Source of the DNA: Minisyncoccota bacterium
GTDB taxonomy: Bacteria > Patescibacteriota > Minisyncoccia > Moranbacterales > UBA1568
Reading direction: 5' to 3'
Assembly (NCBI GenBank): GCA_051306005.1
Contig: JBPPMJ010000003.1
Span: forward strand, 249,396 to 313,395
DNA: 64,000 bases
The notes beneath the pieces were generated by a model. It had not been told where the DNA came from. It ran no database searches and was given only the letters and a program-made list of their open reading frames with translations. The stretch's first letter is position 1. Every line of letters begins with the position of its first letter. This document shows positions 17,621 through 28,205 of the stretch, in pieces. A program made the position numbers and the translations under genes.

Positions 17621-18570
17621 GATATTTTTTAATGCGTTATCGTCAAACATTGCTTCGACTTTTCAAAGTGTTGATAAGTGTGGGGTTGGTGATGTGGTTG
17701 GTCGGAAGGGTGGATTGGAGCGAAGTTGGTCGGCAATTGCAAAGTATTAATGGATGGTGGTTGGGTTGGTATGTTGTTTTTCAGTTATCGGGTAATGTCA
17801 TTTCTACGTGCAAGTGGCAAATCATCTCTGGTTTCAAGGGTATACACTTTACTCTGTACGAGGGTTTCTTTGCGTATTTGACTGGAGCATTCATCAATAA
17901 TTTTTTGCCATCCACTATTGGTGGTGATGCGTATCGTGCGTCATGGCTCGCTCGTCGTACTCACATGCGCACATCTGCTTTTTCTACGGTACTTTTTGAT
18001 CGTTTGAGCGGATTGTGGACCACGTCATTGTTTGCTTTATTCCTCAGCCCTTGGCTCTATTGGGTCAGTGGTGGTAACGCACCATTTTTTATCGCCGTTT
18101 CTCTGTTAATCGGATTTTTTGTGATCAATGTGTTGTTGGTGTTTCTGTGTTATCAGCAGTGGTTTCGGGTTTTGTTTGGGTTTCTTCCTTGGAACAACGT
18201 GCGTCATTTGTTGGAAGAGGTTATTTTTTATACTAAAAAACATATTTTGTGGTCCATCATCCGCTGGTCCGTGTTGTTTATAGTCGTCGGTATCGGGTTA
18301 TCCAATTTGATGCTTTTTTGGGCTCTGGGAAGTAACATCCACCCCGTATCTTTTCTGAGTATTATTTTTTTGGTAACTATTGTTTCCGCCATCCCGCTCT
18401 CCATCAATAATATTGGTATCAAAGAGTGGGCGTACGTAACTTTTTTTGGTTTGGTGGGCATCTCGGTGGAAACCGCTATCACAGTCGCGCTCCTCTCGCG
18501 TTTTCTTCAGATGGTCATCTCTTTCATCGCGCTCCCTCGGTATCTGAGAAAGGAAAATGGGGTAGTATAG
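17617..18570 (+). CDS. UPF0104 / lysyl-phosphatidylglycerol-synthase-TM-like ('flippase-like') polytopic membrane protein
   Basis: About 8 hydrophobic helices are present. The conserved-type motif is FINNFLPSTIGGDAYRASWLARRT. It overlaps the upstream GT4 gene as ATGA. Confidence 0.5.
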   Translation: MRYFLMRYRQTLLRLFKVLISVGLVMWLVGRVDWSEVGRQLQSINGWWLGWYVVFQLSGNVISTCKWQIISGFKGIHFTLYEGFFAYLTGAFINNFLPSTIGGDAYRASWLARRTHMRTSAFSTVLFDRLSGLWTTSLFALFLSPWLYWVSGGNAPFFIAVSLLIGFFVINVLLVFLCYQQWFRVLFGFLPWNNVRHLLEEVIFYTKKHILWSIIRWSVLFIVVGIGLSNLMLFWALGSNIHPVSFLSIIFLVTIVSAIPLSINNIGIKEWAYVTFFGLVGISVETAITVALLSRFLQMVISFIALPRYLRKENGVV

Positions 18571-18596
18571 TGTGCGTTTCTAGGGAGAATGATTTT

Positions 18597-20240
18597 TCAA
18601 TAGGTCAGGCATCCTTGTGGAAAAGTGGCACTTGGTTCAGGCAGGTCAGTGATCTCGAATGTAGCACCAAGCGTGCCGAAAGGAATCAAATCGTTGTCTT
18701 CTTCCAACCTGTATTCGTTGATGAAAAGGTGATTGAATCCGACAGGTATTGTTTTTTGTTTCCCTCTCATATAACATCCGCGGTATCCGTATTCTGCCGA
18801 AAGTACATAGTACATTGATTTGACGTGATGACTTTCTCCGGAAATAAGTATTGGAGTCGTCGGTACGAATTTTTGATTGGCTGTTTTGGCGATCGCTCTT
18901 AATTGTCCGAGTGTCACCTTTGCTTCGGTGCCAAACCGTAGATCACGACTGCTTTCCTCTGCTGATACTTGAGAGACTGCCAGTTCACGGAGATATTTCG
19001 TGGTTGCTTGAAGGTTGAGAAGAATCAAAGCGGTACCGATAAATATTGCGGTATATTTCAGCCGTGGTTGGTGGCTGGTGTTTAGAATACGTTCAATGGC
19101 GAGACCGAAAAATATGAAAAGAGGCGGTATGAGACCGAGATAGAAACGAGTTTCTATCTCATACGCCACCAGTATCGTGACAAGAAAGAAACCACCAAAC
19201 CATAGCCCGATGAATGAGAGCGCCTTTTTCTGACGCGGAACCACGATGGATTTCCAGTGGCGATAGTTTGAGATAATTATAAAACTGAATAAGATCATAC
19301 TTGCAATGGAATAGGGGAGTGCTTCTTGGCATTCTTGGTCACATTTAACAGAAAGACCACGCGTCAGTATCATGTCGGTGTTTTGTTGTCCGGTAGTGAT
19401 GAGCCAGATGATGCGACTTCCCTGCTGATATGCGCGGATCGTTTTTTCGTACCAAGCGTGCTTGGTATCTTGATATTTCTCGCTAGTAGTTGCTGAGAGA
19501 AACATCTTTGTGTTAGATCCATTTGTTTGCCACTCATAGACAAAGAGTGGGGCTTGGAGGGTTATTACTATCATCATGGAAATAATAATTTCTCTAAGAC
19601 GAAGTTCTTTTGAAAAAATTTGAAAGAGTATTAGTCCTATGCCGAGGCCGAGTATCGCCACCATATGTAGCTGTGCAATGATACCTAAGGATATGGCAGC
19701 TGCGATGAGAAGCCATCGTCGTTCGTTACCATTTTTCTCTATGGCACTAAGAAAAAACCAAGAAAACATAGTTGTGAAGAACGGCAGACTGTTTGGGTTC
19801 CATGCGAAACGGGAAAATGTTACCAACAAGAGAGAAATACTTGCCATTGTCGTAAGCCACAAAGACACGGGGACGGAAAGGAATCGCCGAAGAAGCAAAA
19901 AAAGGAATGGTATGGTAAGAATACCGAATAGTAGATCCGGATAGGCGAAGCTTTCCGGCGTACCGCCGAACAGTTTACCTGAAACATACTGGAAATAATA
20001 GGAAATCGGTCCGAGTCGAAACCCTGTACTGCCAGCTTCTGAACCAAGGAGTGGCAATGATATGATACCGTTAATCATCGCCTGTTCCATGATAAGTGCG
20101 TCACGTGCCTGGTCAGATTTGAAAACAAGCCAATCGCTATGGTGTATGGTCCGTAATCCGATACCGACAAGAGAGATGGCAATGAGAACGAGAAAGGAAT
20201 ATTTCACGCGCCATTTTTCCATATAATTTTTGATGGACAT
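18597..20240 (-). CDS. GT-C fold membrane glycosyltransferase, ArnT/PMT_2-like (subfamily A)
   Basis: It has more than 10 TM helices. The first extracytoplasmic loop carries DQARDALIMEQ…LPLLGSEAGSTGFRLGP. Later it has FSRFAWNPNSLPFF. A large C-terminal soluble domain follows. Confidence 0.75.
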   Translation of the reverse strand: MSIKNYMEKWRVKYSFLVLIAISLVGIGLRTIHHSDWLVFKSDQARDALIMEQAMINGIISLPLLGSEAGSTGFRLGPISYYFQYVSGKLFGGTPESFAYPDLLFGILTIPFLFLLLRRFLSVPVSLWLTTMASISLLLVTFSRFAWNPNSLPFFTTMFSWFFLSAIEKNGNERRWLLIAAAISLGIIAQLHMVAILGLGIGLILFQIFSKELRLREIIISMMIVITLQAPLFVYEWQTNGSNTKMFLSATTSEKYQDTKHAWYEKTIRAYQQGSRIIWLITTGQQNTDMILTRGLSVKCDQECQEALPYSIASMILFSFIIISNYRHWKSIVVPRQKKALSFIGLWFGGFFLVTILVAYEIETRFYLGLIPPLFIFFGLAIERILNTSHQPRLKYTAIFIGTALILLNLQATTKYLRELAVSQVSAEESSRDLRFGTEAKVTLGQLRAIAKTANQKFVPTTPILISGESHHVKSMYYVLSAEYGYRGCYMRGKQKTIPVGFNHLFINEYRLEEDNDLIPFGTLGATFEITDLPEPSATFPQGCLTY

Positions 20241-20295
20241 ATTGTTATTTCGCTACTATCTGAGCACGCGTAAAAAAAGAAACGCCAGTCAGAAT

Positions 20296-21993
20296 CTAAA
20301 AAGCGCTGACTTCTCGGTCCATATTTTTTTCAGGACTGTCGGTGATGATGCCGATTTTACATTGTTTTTGCTGAGACGAAAACGTCAAGAGGGTAAAACG
20401 TCCGAAGCGCTCTTCTTGTAAGACAGTATAGCAAAACTTGTATTCGGCTAAACGTTTTTCTTTTACAGTGTTTTCAGTAATGACAAAGACGATTGAATTT
20501 TCACTTACTTCTTCTTTGGGAGAAAAATCTGCTACTATCACTTCTTGTTTACTGATGAGGTATTCTATGGAACGTTTGAATTCAAACGGAGCAATGAAAA
20601 GCTTTTTGTCGGGTTCGTTATAGCGCGTTTTGATGATTGATTCAGTAATGCGTTTGGCTTCACCCAGACTGATGCCACCGTAGGTGCTGTCCTTGGCAGT
20701 GTAATCATCCAAATCATAGCTTTGCATATAGGCACGGAGGTTGCCTGCAATCACTATGAGGAAGAAGAGGGTGATGAGGGTGACAGCGATACGTGTATGT
20801 TGACGCAAATGCGTGAAGAGGTATTCTGCCATCAACCCGAGAAACAGAAATGGTAGAAAGAACACGACAATGAAAAATCGGACACTAAGCTCTTCGGCGA
20901 TAGGAAGAAACAAAACAAACAGGAGTCCGGTTGTAGCCGTGGTCAGCCACAAGAAATGTTGTTTGTGTTGGAGCGTTTTACGTTGGAGGCGTTGAATGGT
21001 GAGCCATGTGCCAAGCGTGAAGAATGTAATGCCAAAGACAAAAAGGAGTATCTCGCCTTTGTCTTTACTGGCGATGAGTTTGTAGGGTTTGAACCAATTT
21101 TTTTGTGGCTCGATACCAGTCAAGGCATACGTATTGCCAATGAGAAAGAAGTGTACATCCGAGAGGATATTTTGTGTTATTGATACGTTTTTTTCAGTTT
21201 TCTTTTCGGTACCAGCGAAAAAAGAAGCGATGTTGGTACCGTGATTTTGGATATCAAAAATAAAGAAAGGGGTATGACTGAGAATAGTGATACCTATGGT
21301 CAATATTATTGGACGCCACGCAATGTTTTTGTGTTGAAAAAAGAGGCATCCCTGGCTCATGACAAAGAGTATCGGCATCAACAAAAAAAGGGTAGTGTGG
21401 AGTTGCATCCCGATACCCATGATGACACCGAGCAGTCCAAAGTGAAAAAGACGATGACGAGCATCAGGGACAAGAGTGCGTTGGAGCAAAATGAGAAAGG
21501 CGAAGAGAAAGAAGGGAATGAGATTTGGATTCCATGCAAAGCGTGAGTAACGGATGTTGTAGAACGAAAGTGCGTAGAGCAGTGAAAGTCCCAGTGTGAG
21601 GAACGGTGAAAAAAATAAACGGAAAAAAATAAAGAAGAGGCCGATGGAGGCAATACTTGCCAATGGCACGATGAGTGCCATTCCTGCTGGTGTATGACCG
21701 AACAGTAAGGCGGAACCATATTCCAAATAATAGAATGCTGGACCGAGATGAAAAGTGGTACCGCCGGCCTTGGGGCCCAAGAGTGGAAAGTTGCCTGTGA
21801 ACATTTGATCGATGACTTTGGCATCACGTACTTGATCAGCGTTGAAACGTGTCAAATATTCAAAATTGTTGAGGCGCATAAAAGCACCGATACAGAGGAT
21901 ACTGAGTAAAAGAAGCGTGATATGATGCCGATGAATCCAGAGAATAGCTGAAGTGTTTTTGATGTGAGAAGAGCTATTTTTTTTCATAGACAT
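20296..21993 (-). CDS. GT-C fold membrane glycosyltransferase, ArnT/PMT_2-like (subfamily A paralog)
   Basis: It has DQVRDAKVIDQ…PLLGPKAGGTTFHLGP and YSRFAWNPNLIPFF. It lies in tandem with the 18597..20240 paralog. Confidence 0.75.
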   Translation of the reverse strand: MSMKKNSSSHIKNTSAILWIHRHHITLLLLSILCIGAFMRLNNFEYLTRFNADQVRDAKVIDQMFTGNFPLLGPKAGGTTFHLGPAFYYLEYGSALLFGHTPAGMALIVPLASIASIGLFFIFFRLFFSPFLTLGLSLLYALSFYNIRYSRFAWNPNLIPFFLFAFLILLQRTLVPDARHRLFHFGLLGVIMGIGMQLHTTLFLLMPILFVMSQGCLFFQHKNIAWRPIILTIGITILSHTPFFIFDIQNHGTNIASFFAGTEKKTEKNVSITQNILSDVHFFLIGNTYALTGIEPQKNWFKPYKLIASKDKGEILLFVFGITFFTLGTWLTIQRLQRKTLQHKQHFLWLTTATTGLLFVLFLPIAEELSVRFFIVVFFLPFLFLGLMAEYLFTHLRQHTRIAVTLITLFFLIVIAGNLRAYMQSYDLDDYTAKDSTYGGISLGEAKRITESIIKTRYNEPDKKLFIAPFEFKRSIEYLISKQEVIVADFSPKEEVSENSIVFVITENTVKEKRLAEYKFCYTVLQEERFGRFTLLTFSSQQKQCKIGIITDSPEKNMDREVSAF

Positions 21994-22034
21994 ATCAGGT
22001 TCAGAGTACGGTTTATATTTCTTGGAAAATTTTG

Positions 22035-23963
22035 CTATTGCCGAAATGGAATAACAGCGATGAAATTGTCAGGACGATTATTGATATGGATCGACCAAAC
22101 AGATTTTTCTCGTAGCTGATCGAAATAATAATCGCTGTCTTTGGCGGGCTGAGGATTGTTTTCCAAGAGAAAACGGTTGCTTACCTTGATGGCGCCACGC
22201 TTGGAAATGACGAAGTAATCCGGGGTGACACGGGCAAGGTCTATGTGCCGTGACTTGAGACACTTGCCGACGAAAAATCGGCAGACGGTGTCGCTGTTGG
22301 ACCAGATAATCAAACGCTCGGCATCGGGTAGGCTATTAAGGTACTGTGCCGACTCATAAGAGCCGTGTCCCCAGGAATCATGGATGGAAAGTGTTTGTGG
22401 TAAGAGAAAATTGGTATAGCTAAAATAGAATGGGCGGGAGATGAAAGCCAATGTACCCATAACCAAAAGCAAAAGAAATGCTATTCTCATAAATATACTG
22501 GATGCATTGATGCGCTTGGCAAACAAGTCCGTCAATATTACGGCAGAGAGTATTGCGATGAGCGGGTAGAGAAGAATGATATAGCGAACGTTGGTCACTA
22601 CTTGAGCATACTGAGCAGATATGAGATACAAGAGGATGAATGAGATCATGGTAACAATGATAGCGCCGGCCGTATCGGAAACTTTACGCAACAGGATTTG
22701 AGTAAAGGCACAGAGAAACAGAAAGAGTACAAGAGGGGAGACGGAGAAAATTAAAGGAGTGGCTTCCATTAAAAACAACTGAAACGTGGTATGAAGAGAG
22801 TCGTCTTTTCTATCCAAAATCGGCTTGAAGTTGAATTCTTTTGGCTCATTGGCATAGGCTTGATCGCGTAGGGAGCTAACGGGCGATAGGCGTTCACCGC
22901 TCCAGACATTGATGAGAAGAAGGGTAATGAGTAGAAGAAAGAGTGATGATATGATAGTTAATATCCAATGGCGTTTGTTGGCTAACCAGCCGAGACCTAT
23001 TCCGACTAAACGTTGAAATGATAGAAGAGTCAAAAGGAGTACAAAGGCACTACTGGCGATAACAAGAAAATTTTTGAGAGTGAGGAATTGAGAAATACCC
23101 TTGAAAAGATATTCTGGATGGAATAAAACAGCTGGAAGGAACACGGAAAAAATGACTAAAGAGATGAGAAAGATGCAGAAGATATCCACTAGGTAACGTA
23201 GAAGTTGTTTGGCAGTTATTTGTTTTGCCGTATCGGAATCTTGAAAGATGATGTGAGCAAGAAAAAAAAGTCCATAAAACAGGAAGAGAATGAAGGCGGT
23301 ATATTTTGATAGAAGTGCAAAACCAGTCAGGATACCAGTGAGCCAAAGAAATGTGATTTTTTTTGTCCGTACAAGCGCCATATAGGCGCATATTGAGAGT
23401 CCGCCGAAAATCCAGAATACACTGTCTGGATTGATGATTTGGGACATACCGAGCAGGATAGGATTGAGAGCAATGAAGATAGTACTGAATAACGCAATTG
23501 GATAAGAGGCGAAGCCCAAGAATAGCAGTCGGAAAAAAAGAAAGAGCGAGAGCGTGGCAAAGATAAGTACTGGCAGACGGAATGTGAAGTTGGTCTGTTC
23601 GCTTTGCGCGATGTTGTAGGCTTCGAATAGCTTTTCTCCTTCCCCTGACTGAGGGATTTTTTCATTATTTTTCGGATGTGGCTCGAAGAGAAGTCCGATG
23701 CCAGAAATGAGAGCGACCGTGACTCCGGGTTTGTCGTTGATGTAGGTTTGCTCCCACTCTTGAGTTTTGATGGCACTCCAGTATTGCTCGATTCGACTAT
23801 ATTTCCAGAGATGTTCATCAGTCGTTTCAAATTTCCCTAAATGAAAAAAACCTAAAAAAAAGAAAACGATCATCGTGATAAGAAGAACAATATGAGAGAA
23901 GTGACGCTCTAACGTCAGCCGGTGAACGGATTTTGATTTGAAAGAGAGGGTTTGATTATGCAT
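22035..23963 (-). CDS. GT-C fold membrane glycosyltransferase, ArnT/PMT-like (subfamily B)
   Basis: A DE-motif loop is present: TTDEHLWKYSRIEQYW…NDKPGVTVAL. It has multiple TM helices and a C-terminal extracytoplasmic domain. Confidence 0.75.
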   Translation of the reverse strand: MHNQTLSFKSKSVHRLTLERHFSHIVLLITMIVFFFLGFFHLGKFETTDEHLWKYSRIEQYWSAIKTQEWEQTYINDKPGVTVALISGIGLLFEPHPKNNEKIPQSGEGEKLFEAYNIAQSEQTNFTFRLPVLIFATLSLFLFFRLLFLGFASYPIALFSTIFIALNPILLGMSQIINPDSVFWIFGGLSICAYMALVRTKKITFLWLTGILTGFALLSKYTAFILFLFYGLFFLAHIIFQDSDTAKQITAKQLLRYLVDIFCIFLISLVIFSVFLPAVLFHPEYLFKGISQFLTLKNFLVIASSAFVLLLTLLSFQRLVGIGLGWLANKRHWILTIISSLFLLLITLLLINVWSGERLSPVSSLRDQAYANEPKEFNFKPILDRKDDSLHTTFQLFLMEATPLIFSVSPLVLFLFLCAFTQILLRKVSDTAGAIIVTMISFILLYLISAQYAQVVTNVRYIILLYPLIAILSAVILTDLFAKRINASSIFMRIAFLLLLVMGTLAFISRPFYFSYTNFLLPQTLSIHDSWGHGSYESAQYLNSLPDAERLIIWSNSDTVCRFFVGKCLKSRHIDLARVTPDYFVISKRGAIKVSNRFLLENNPQPAKDSDYYFDQLREKSVWSIHINNRPDNFIAVIPFRQ

Positions 23964-23969
23964 ATAATT

Positions 23970-26339
23970 TTATGGTGTAAAAGAAAATATCTTCACAAAT
24001 TGTCCGGGACGACCATTGATGTACACTTCAAAAACAGGATCATTCTGCTGATAGTAGGCATCAAAACGGATCAGTCCTTCGTCATTGAGAAGATAGGGGT
24101 TGACCATCATCCTTACTGTCCGACTTTCACGTCCGGTGGATATCACCACATAATCCAGTTCGGAGGAGGCAATTTCTGAAAAATTGAACCCGTCCAAGCA
24201 CGTGCCGACGAAAAACTTGCAGACACCGCGTTTATCCGTCCAAATAGTAAGGTTTTTGGCATTGGGGATATGATTCAGATAATTTGCCGCCTCGTAACTG
24301 CCACTTCCCATATCCTTGATATCAATGGTGTAAGCATTTGGCAAAAGAGCTGACGAAAAACTGAGAGGAAATGGATTCAGCATCAAAACACTTATTCCTG
24401 AAACGGCAAGTAGCACCACTCCGACCAAAAAGTGTTGCTCCCATACTTTCAGAGCTGGCAGGACACGGATGAGATACTGCATCAGCCATGCCAGTCCGAT
24501 GCCACCAACGATGCTCAAAAGCGGATACAGGATGATTTGGTAGCGGTTGATCAAGACCACCTGATTGACGGTTGCCCCGAGAAAAAAGAGGAGAATAAAC
24601 AGAATGACGGCAAAAATAAAGCGATGTGTCCGGGTATTTTCACGGCGCCGATACCATGCAGAACCAAGAGCGATCATACAGCCTGCGAAAATGAGTGTCG
24701 GGATGCCAAAAAATAGAGGATAAAAATTCGTCAAAAAAATACTGGAAATTGCGCTAATTTCATAGGTGCTCTTGGGCGAAGCGAGGATATGCATAAAATC
24801 CATCCACCGCATTTGAAAAAAACTGTTGATCAGCACAAAGCCTATGATGCCCGCAAAGAGGATCAATATCGCGCTAAAAACGTACTCTTGGTATTGTTTC
24901 AGCTTGTCCATTACGAACGTACTGATACTGCGTTCACCCAAAAAATGCTGATCAAGCCAGATAAGAACAATAAAGACGAGAAACAGTGGCGCTACTTTTT
25001 CAAATGCCTGACTCAAAATCGTTCCGGTGATAAGATCAATCGGGCGCACCCACATAGCCGGCAACAAAAGATAGAATGTTGAAAGCCCAGTACCCAGCCA
25101 GATACCGAAAAAGTTCAGCTCGCGTTTGAAGTATTGGGTAAATGGCAGGGTATTATTTTGCGCGAAAAGATAGCGCACGATGATGTATCCGAAAAAGTAT
25201 ATAATGAGAAAGTTGGCGACGTATTTGGTGAGGAGCGCCAGTCCCAACAGGATGCCAGAAAAAATAAGCATTCGCAGTTGTCGTTTTTCCAAAAAGACGA
25301 GATATGCCAGAAAGGAGAGTGGCGCAAAAATCCATAATAACGAATCTGGATTGACGATTTTGCTGATACCGATGAGCAGGGGGGAAAGCGCTATACTCGC
25401 ATACGCGTACAGCGCCGTCCTGTTTCCCAAAAGAGGCACCAGAAAAAAATAGAAAAGCGGAAGCAGTATCGTGATAACGATCAATAGCGGAAGGCGGAAC
25501 GCCAGATACATATCCCTGATGTCGGCTTGTTCATTGTTGGCAGAAAAGACGGCACGCGTATCACGATAGTCTTTTGGCGAGACAAAGAGCAGTCCCGGAC
25601 CAGTCACCATTGTCAGTGTCACTCCGGGTTTGTCGCTCACATCTGTTTTCTCCCAATCCCCTTCGCTGAGGTTTTTCCAGAAACTACCGATGCGTCCTTC
25701 CAACCAGAGTGGTTCATCTACAGAAGCAAATTCCGTCAAACGCAAACATCCAAAACTAAAAAAAACAATGGTCAGAAGGAGTACCGCGAGCAGGTTGGCG
25801 GTACCGTATTTTTTGATAGCTGAAGCGAAAGGGGGTGGGATAAAAAACAAAATGACGGATTGAATGGTGAAACGCTCATACTGTGGTTGAATGACGGAAA
25901 GTGCCCAGTACACGAAAGCAGAGATACAATATATCCCAACACCGAACAAGGCTGGCGCAGGAGAGTGATGAGAGAATGACAGTCCAATGGTGAGTAGGAT
26001 CGCCGAAGGAAGAAAAAAAACAAGCATTTCCTTGAGAACCATCGGCATCTGCCATTGTGTCCGGCGTCCAATGAGGATGAAACCAGAAAGAATAACGCAT
26101 AAAAAAATAATATAAAAAACGTCAGCGTACCACATACTCCGAAAGACTTTGAAAAAGGGTGTCCGAACGAGATCTTGGAGAAGAAAAAGTCCTGCTGTTA
26201 GAAGCGTGACAACACTCCATACAAAAGGTGATCGTAAGAATGAGGGGATTGGCATAGGGGAAAAATTATTACTCAGTAATTTCCAAGCGTGATATCTTGT
26301 CAAAATCCTTAAAAAGACTATACTATGATGAGTGCTCAC
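23970..26339 (-). CDS. GT-C fold membrane glycosyltransferase, ArnT/PMT-like (subfamily B paralog, 789 aa)
   Basis: It has SVDEPLWLEGRIGSFW…SDKPGVTLTM. About 13 or more TM helices are present. It sits 6 nt from the preceding paralog. Confidence 0.75.
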   Translation of the reverse strand: MSTHHSIVFLRILTRYHAWKLLSNNFSPMPIPSFLRSPFVWSVVTLLTAGLFLLQDLVRTPFFKVFRSMWYADVFYIIFLCVILSGFILIGRRTQWQMPMVLKEMLVFFLPSAILLTIGLSFSHHSPAPALFGVGIYCISAFVYWALSVIQPQYERFTIQSVILFFIPPPFASAIKKYGTANLLAVLLLTIVFFSFGCLRLTEFASVDEPLWLEGRIGSFWKNLSEGDWEKTDVSDKPGVTLTMVTGPGLLFVSPKDYRDTRAVFSANNEQADIRDMYLAFRLPLLIVITILLPLFYFFLVPLLGNRTALYAYASIALSPLLIGISKIVNPDSLLWIFAPLSFLAYLVFLEKRQLRMLIFSGILLGLALLTKYVANFLIIYFFGYIIVRYLFAQNNTLPFTQYFKRELNFFGIWLGTGLSTFYLLLPAMWVRPIDLITGTILSQAFEKVAPLFLVFIVLIWLDQHFLGERSISTFVMDKLKQYQEYVFSAILILFAGIIGFVLINSFFQMRWMDFMHILASPKSTYEISAISSIFLTNFYPLFFGIPTLIFAGCMIALGSAWYRRRENTRTHRFIFAVILFILLFFLGATVNQVVLINRYQIILYPLLSIVGGIGLAWLMQYLIRVLPALKVWEQHFLVGVVLLAVSGISVLMLNPFPLSFSSALLPNAYTIDIKDMGSGSYEAANYLNHIPNAKNLTIWTDKRGVCKFFVGTCLDGFNFSEIASSELDYVVISTGRESRTVRMMVNPYLLNDEGLIRFDAYYQQNDPVFEVYINGRPGQFVKIFSFTP

Positions 26340-26408
26340 ATCATAACGATGGCGGTTAGGAAACCGTTCTCTTTGTACAGTATAGCAAATTTTTTCTAAA
26401 AAAACAGT

Positions 26409-28202
26409 ATGCCGTTGCCGAAGATAGGGAAGCCATCATATAGTACATATTTTTTGATAGCTATTATTGCCCTGGGCATTTTTTTGCGTTTTTTCTTTTT
26501 GACGGATTGGACGCACTTCGAACTTGATCAGGCGCGGGACGCAAGGGTGATCGATCTCGGGCTCAATGGGGATATCTTTGACCTGCCATTGCTTGGACCC
26601 AAGGCTGGAGGCACATTTTTACGCTTGGGACCGGGATTTTACTGGTTAGAATATATCGGGGCATTGTTATTCGGCGGTGCGGTCATCGGGAGTGTCGTCA
26701 TGGTAGCACTGACTTCTGTCGCATCTATACCTCTTTTCTATCTTATTGTCAAACGGATTTTTGTTGCCCGTTTGGCACTGGGATTGACGCTACTTTCTGC
26801 CGTTTCCGTTTTTATGGTACTCTACGGACGTTTTGCATGGAATCCGAACCTTCTTCCCTTCTTTACTCTTTTGGGTTGCTACGGATTATTGCGGACAGTG
26901 GACAATAAAGAGGCTCACCGGGGACGCTGGCTGATGGTATCAGCATTGGCACTGGGCCTCGGTACTCAGATGCATTTTTTGGCATTTTTGGCTTTACCAA
27001 CGATTGCGGTTGTATTTCTTCTCATAAAAAGACCGCGAATAGCGCTGAAATTCTGGCTGGGATCATTCGGTATCATCGCCTTCTTGTACCTCCCGATGGC
27101 GCTCAATGAGATCGCAACTGGCGGATTGAATACTCAGGAATTTTTAGGCGCTATTTCCGAAAAATCCACCAAAGAGGATCATTCATTGGTCGAAAAAGCC
27201 ATCCGCAATGTCAGCGAATTTGGTTTGCAGGGTATCATCATCACCACCGGATTTGAAGGGGCAATGTTTCCCGTAGTTGTTATCGAAGACGGGGGCATCG
27301 AATATGCCTGTGATCGCAAATGTGATGACGGAAAATGGTACGGCCTTTTTGGCATTTTCATACTCGGACTGAGTCTGATAACACTTGGTTATAATCTGTG
27401 CGCCAAAAAAACCAGTCAGCGTACCGACGCCCTCCTTCTTTCTAGTTTGTGGTTTGGGGTGACATTTGTTTTGTTCTTGCCATTGGCGTACGGTGTCGCT
27501 CCACGATTTTTTCTATTGAACGCCCCACTCTTTTTTATTCTCTTGGGATTGTTGACAGAGTTTTGTGAAGGATGCGTGTCACGGAGAAAACGGTGGGGAA
27601 ATTATGTCGGCGTGGCAGTGATAGCAATTTTTATCTCACTTAATAGCCTTTTCCTTATCCAGCGCTTTGATGAGTTGTCACATGCTGGAACAGAAAAAGT
27701 GGAAAGCAACCCGGATCGTATTTTGAAAGAACGAGTGCGCGTAACATTGAAGCAACAATTGGCTATCGTCGATTTTATGGAGCACCAATCAGTGCTCAAC
27801 GGAAACGTGCCGGTGTATATGTTTAGCGAACCTCAGTATCGGCGCGCGTTGAAGTACCTAATGGAACAACGCGGTCTGGAAAATGACGTGTTGGGCTTTA
27901 GTGGAATATATAGACAGGGAGTCTCTTTTCTTATCATTCGTGCTTCATCCAATGTAGAAAGCGGGGTAGCAAAATATCTCGATATGTATACCGTCGGCAA
28001 AACTACGTCTTTTGGTACGTTGATAGCAATAGAACTTCACCCAAAACCCGAATCGATCACGGGAGAACGTCAAGATTTCTCCGTTCCGGAAGCCACCGGT
28101 TCCTCCAGCGCGCCTCCACGCTACACCACGCGGGAATTTTTGACACGAACATTTGGGGAAAAATCTCCTGCGAAGACAGATGATGAATCCACTGAAGAGT
28201 AA
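26409..28202 (+). CDS. GT-C fold membrane glycosyltransferase, ArnT/PMT_2-like (subfamily A paralog)
   Basis: It has DQARDARVIDL…PLLGPKAGGTFLRLGP and YGRFAWNPNLLPFF. Its C-terminal soluble domain ends in an S/T/E-rich tail. Confidence 0.75.
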   Translation: MPLPKIGKPSYSTYFLIAIIALGIFLRFFFLTDWTHFELDQARDARVIDLGLNGDIFDLPLLGPKAGGTFLRLGPGFYWLEYIGALLFGGAVIGSVVMVALTSVASIPLFYLIVKRIFVARLALGLTLLSAVSVFMVLYGRFAWNPNLLPFFTLLGCYGLLRTVDNKEAHRGRWLMVSALALGLGTQMHFLAFLALPTIAVVFLLIKRPRIALKFWLGSFGIIAFLYLPMALNEIATGGLNTQEFLGAISEKSTKEDHSLVEKAIRNVSEFGLQGIIITTGFEGAMFPVVVIEDGGIEYACDRKCDDGKWYGLFGIFILGLSLITLGYNLCAKKTSQRTDALLLSSLWFGVTFVLFLPLAYGVAPRFFLLNAPLFFILLGLLTEFCEGCVSRRKRWGNYVGVAVIAIFISLNSLFLIQRFDELSHAGTEKVESNPDRILKERVRVTLKQQLAIVDFMEHQSVLNGNVPVYMFSEPQYRRALKYLMEQRGLENDVLGFSGIYRQGVSFLIIRASSNVESGVAKYLDMYTVGKTTSFGTLIAIELHPKPESITGERQDFSVPEATGSSSAPPRYTTREFLTRTFGEKSPAKTDDESTEE

Positions 28203-28205
28203 CGT

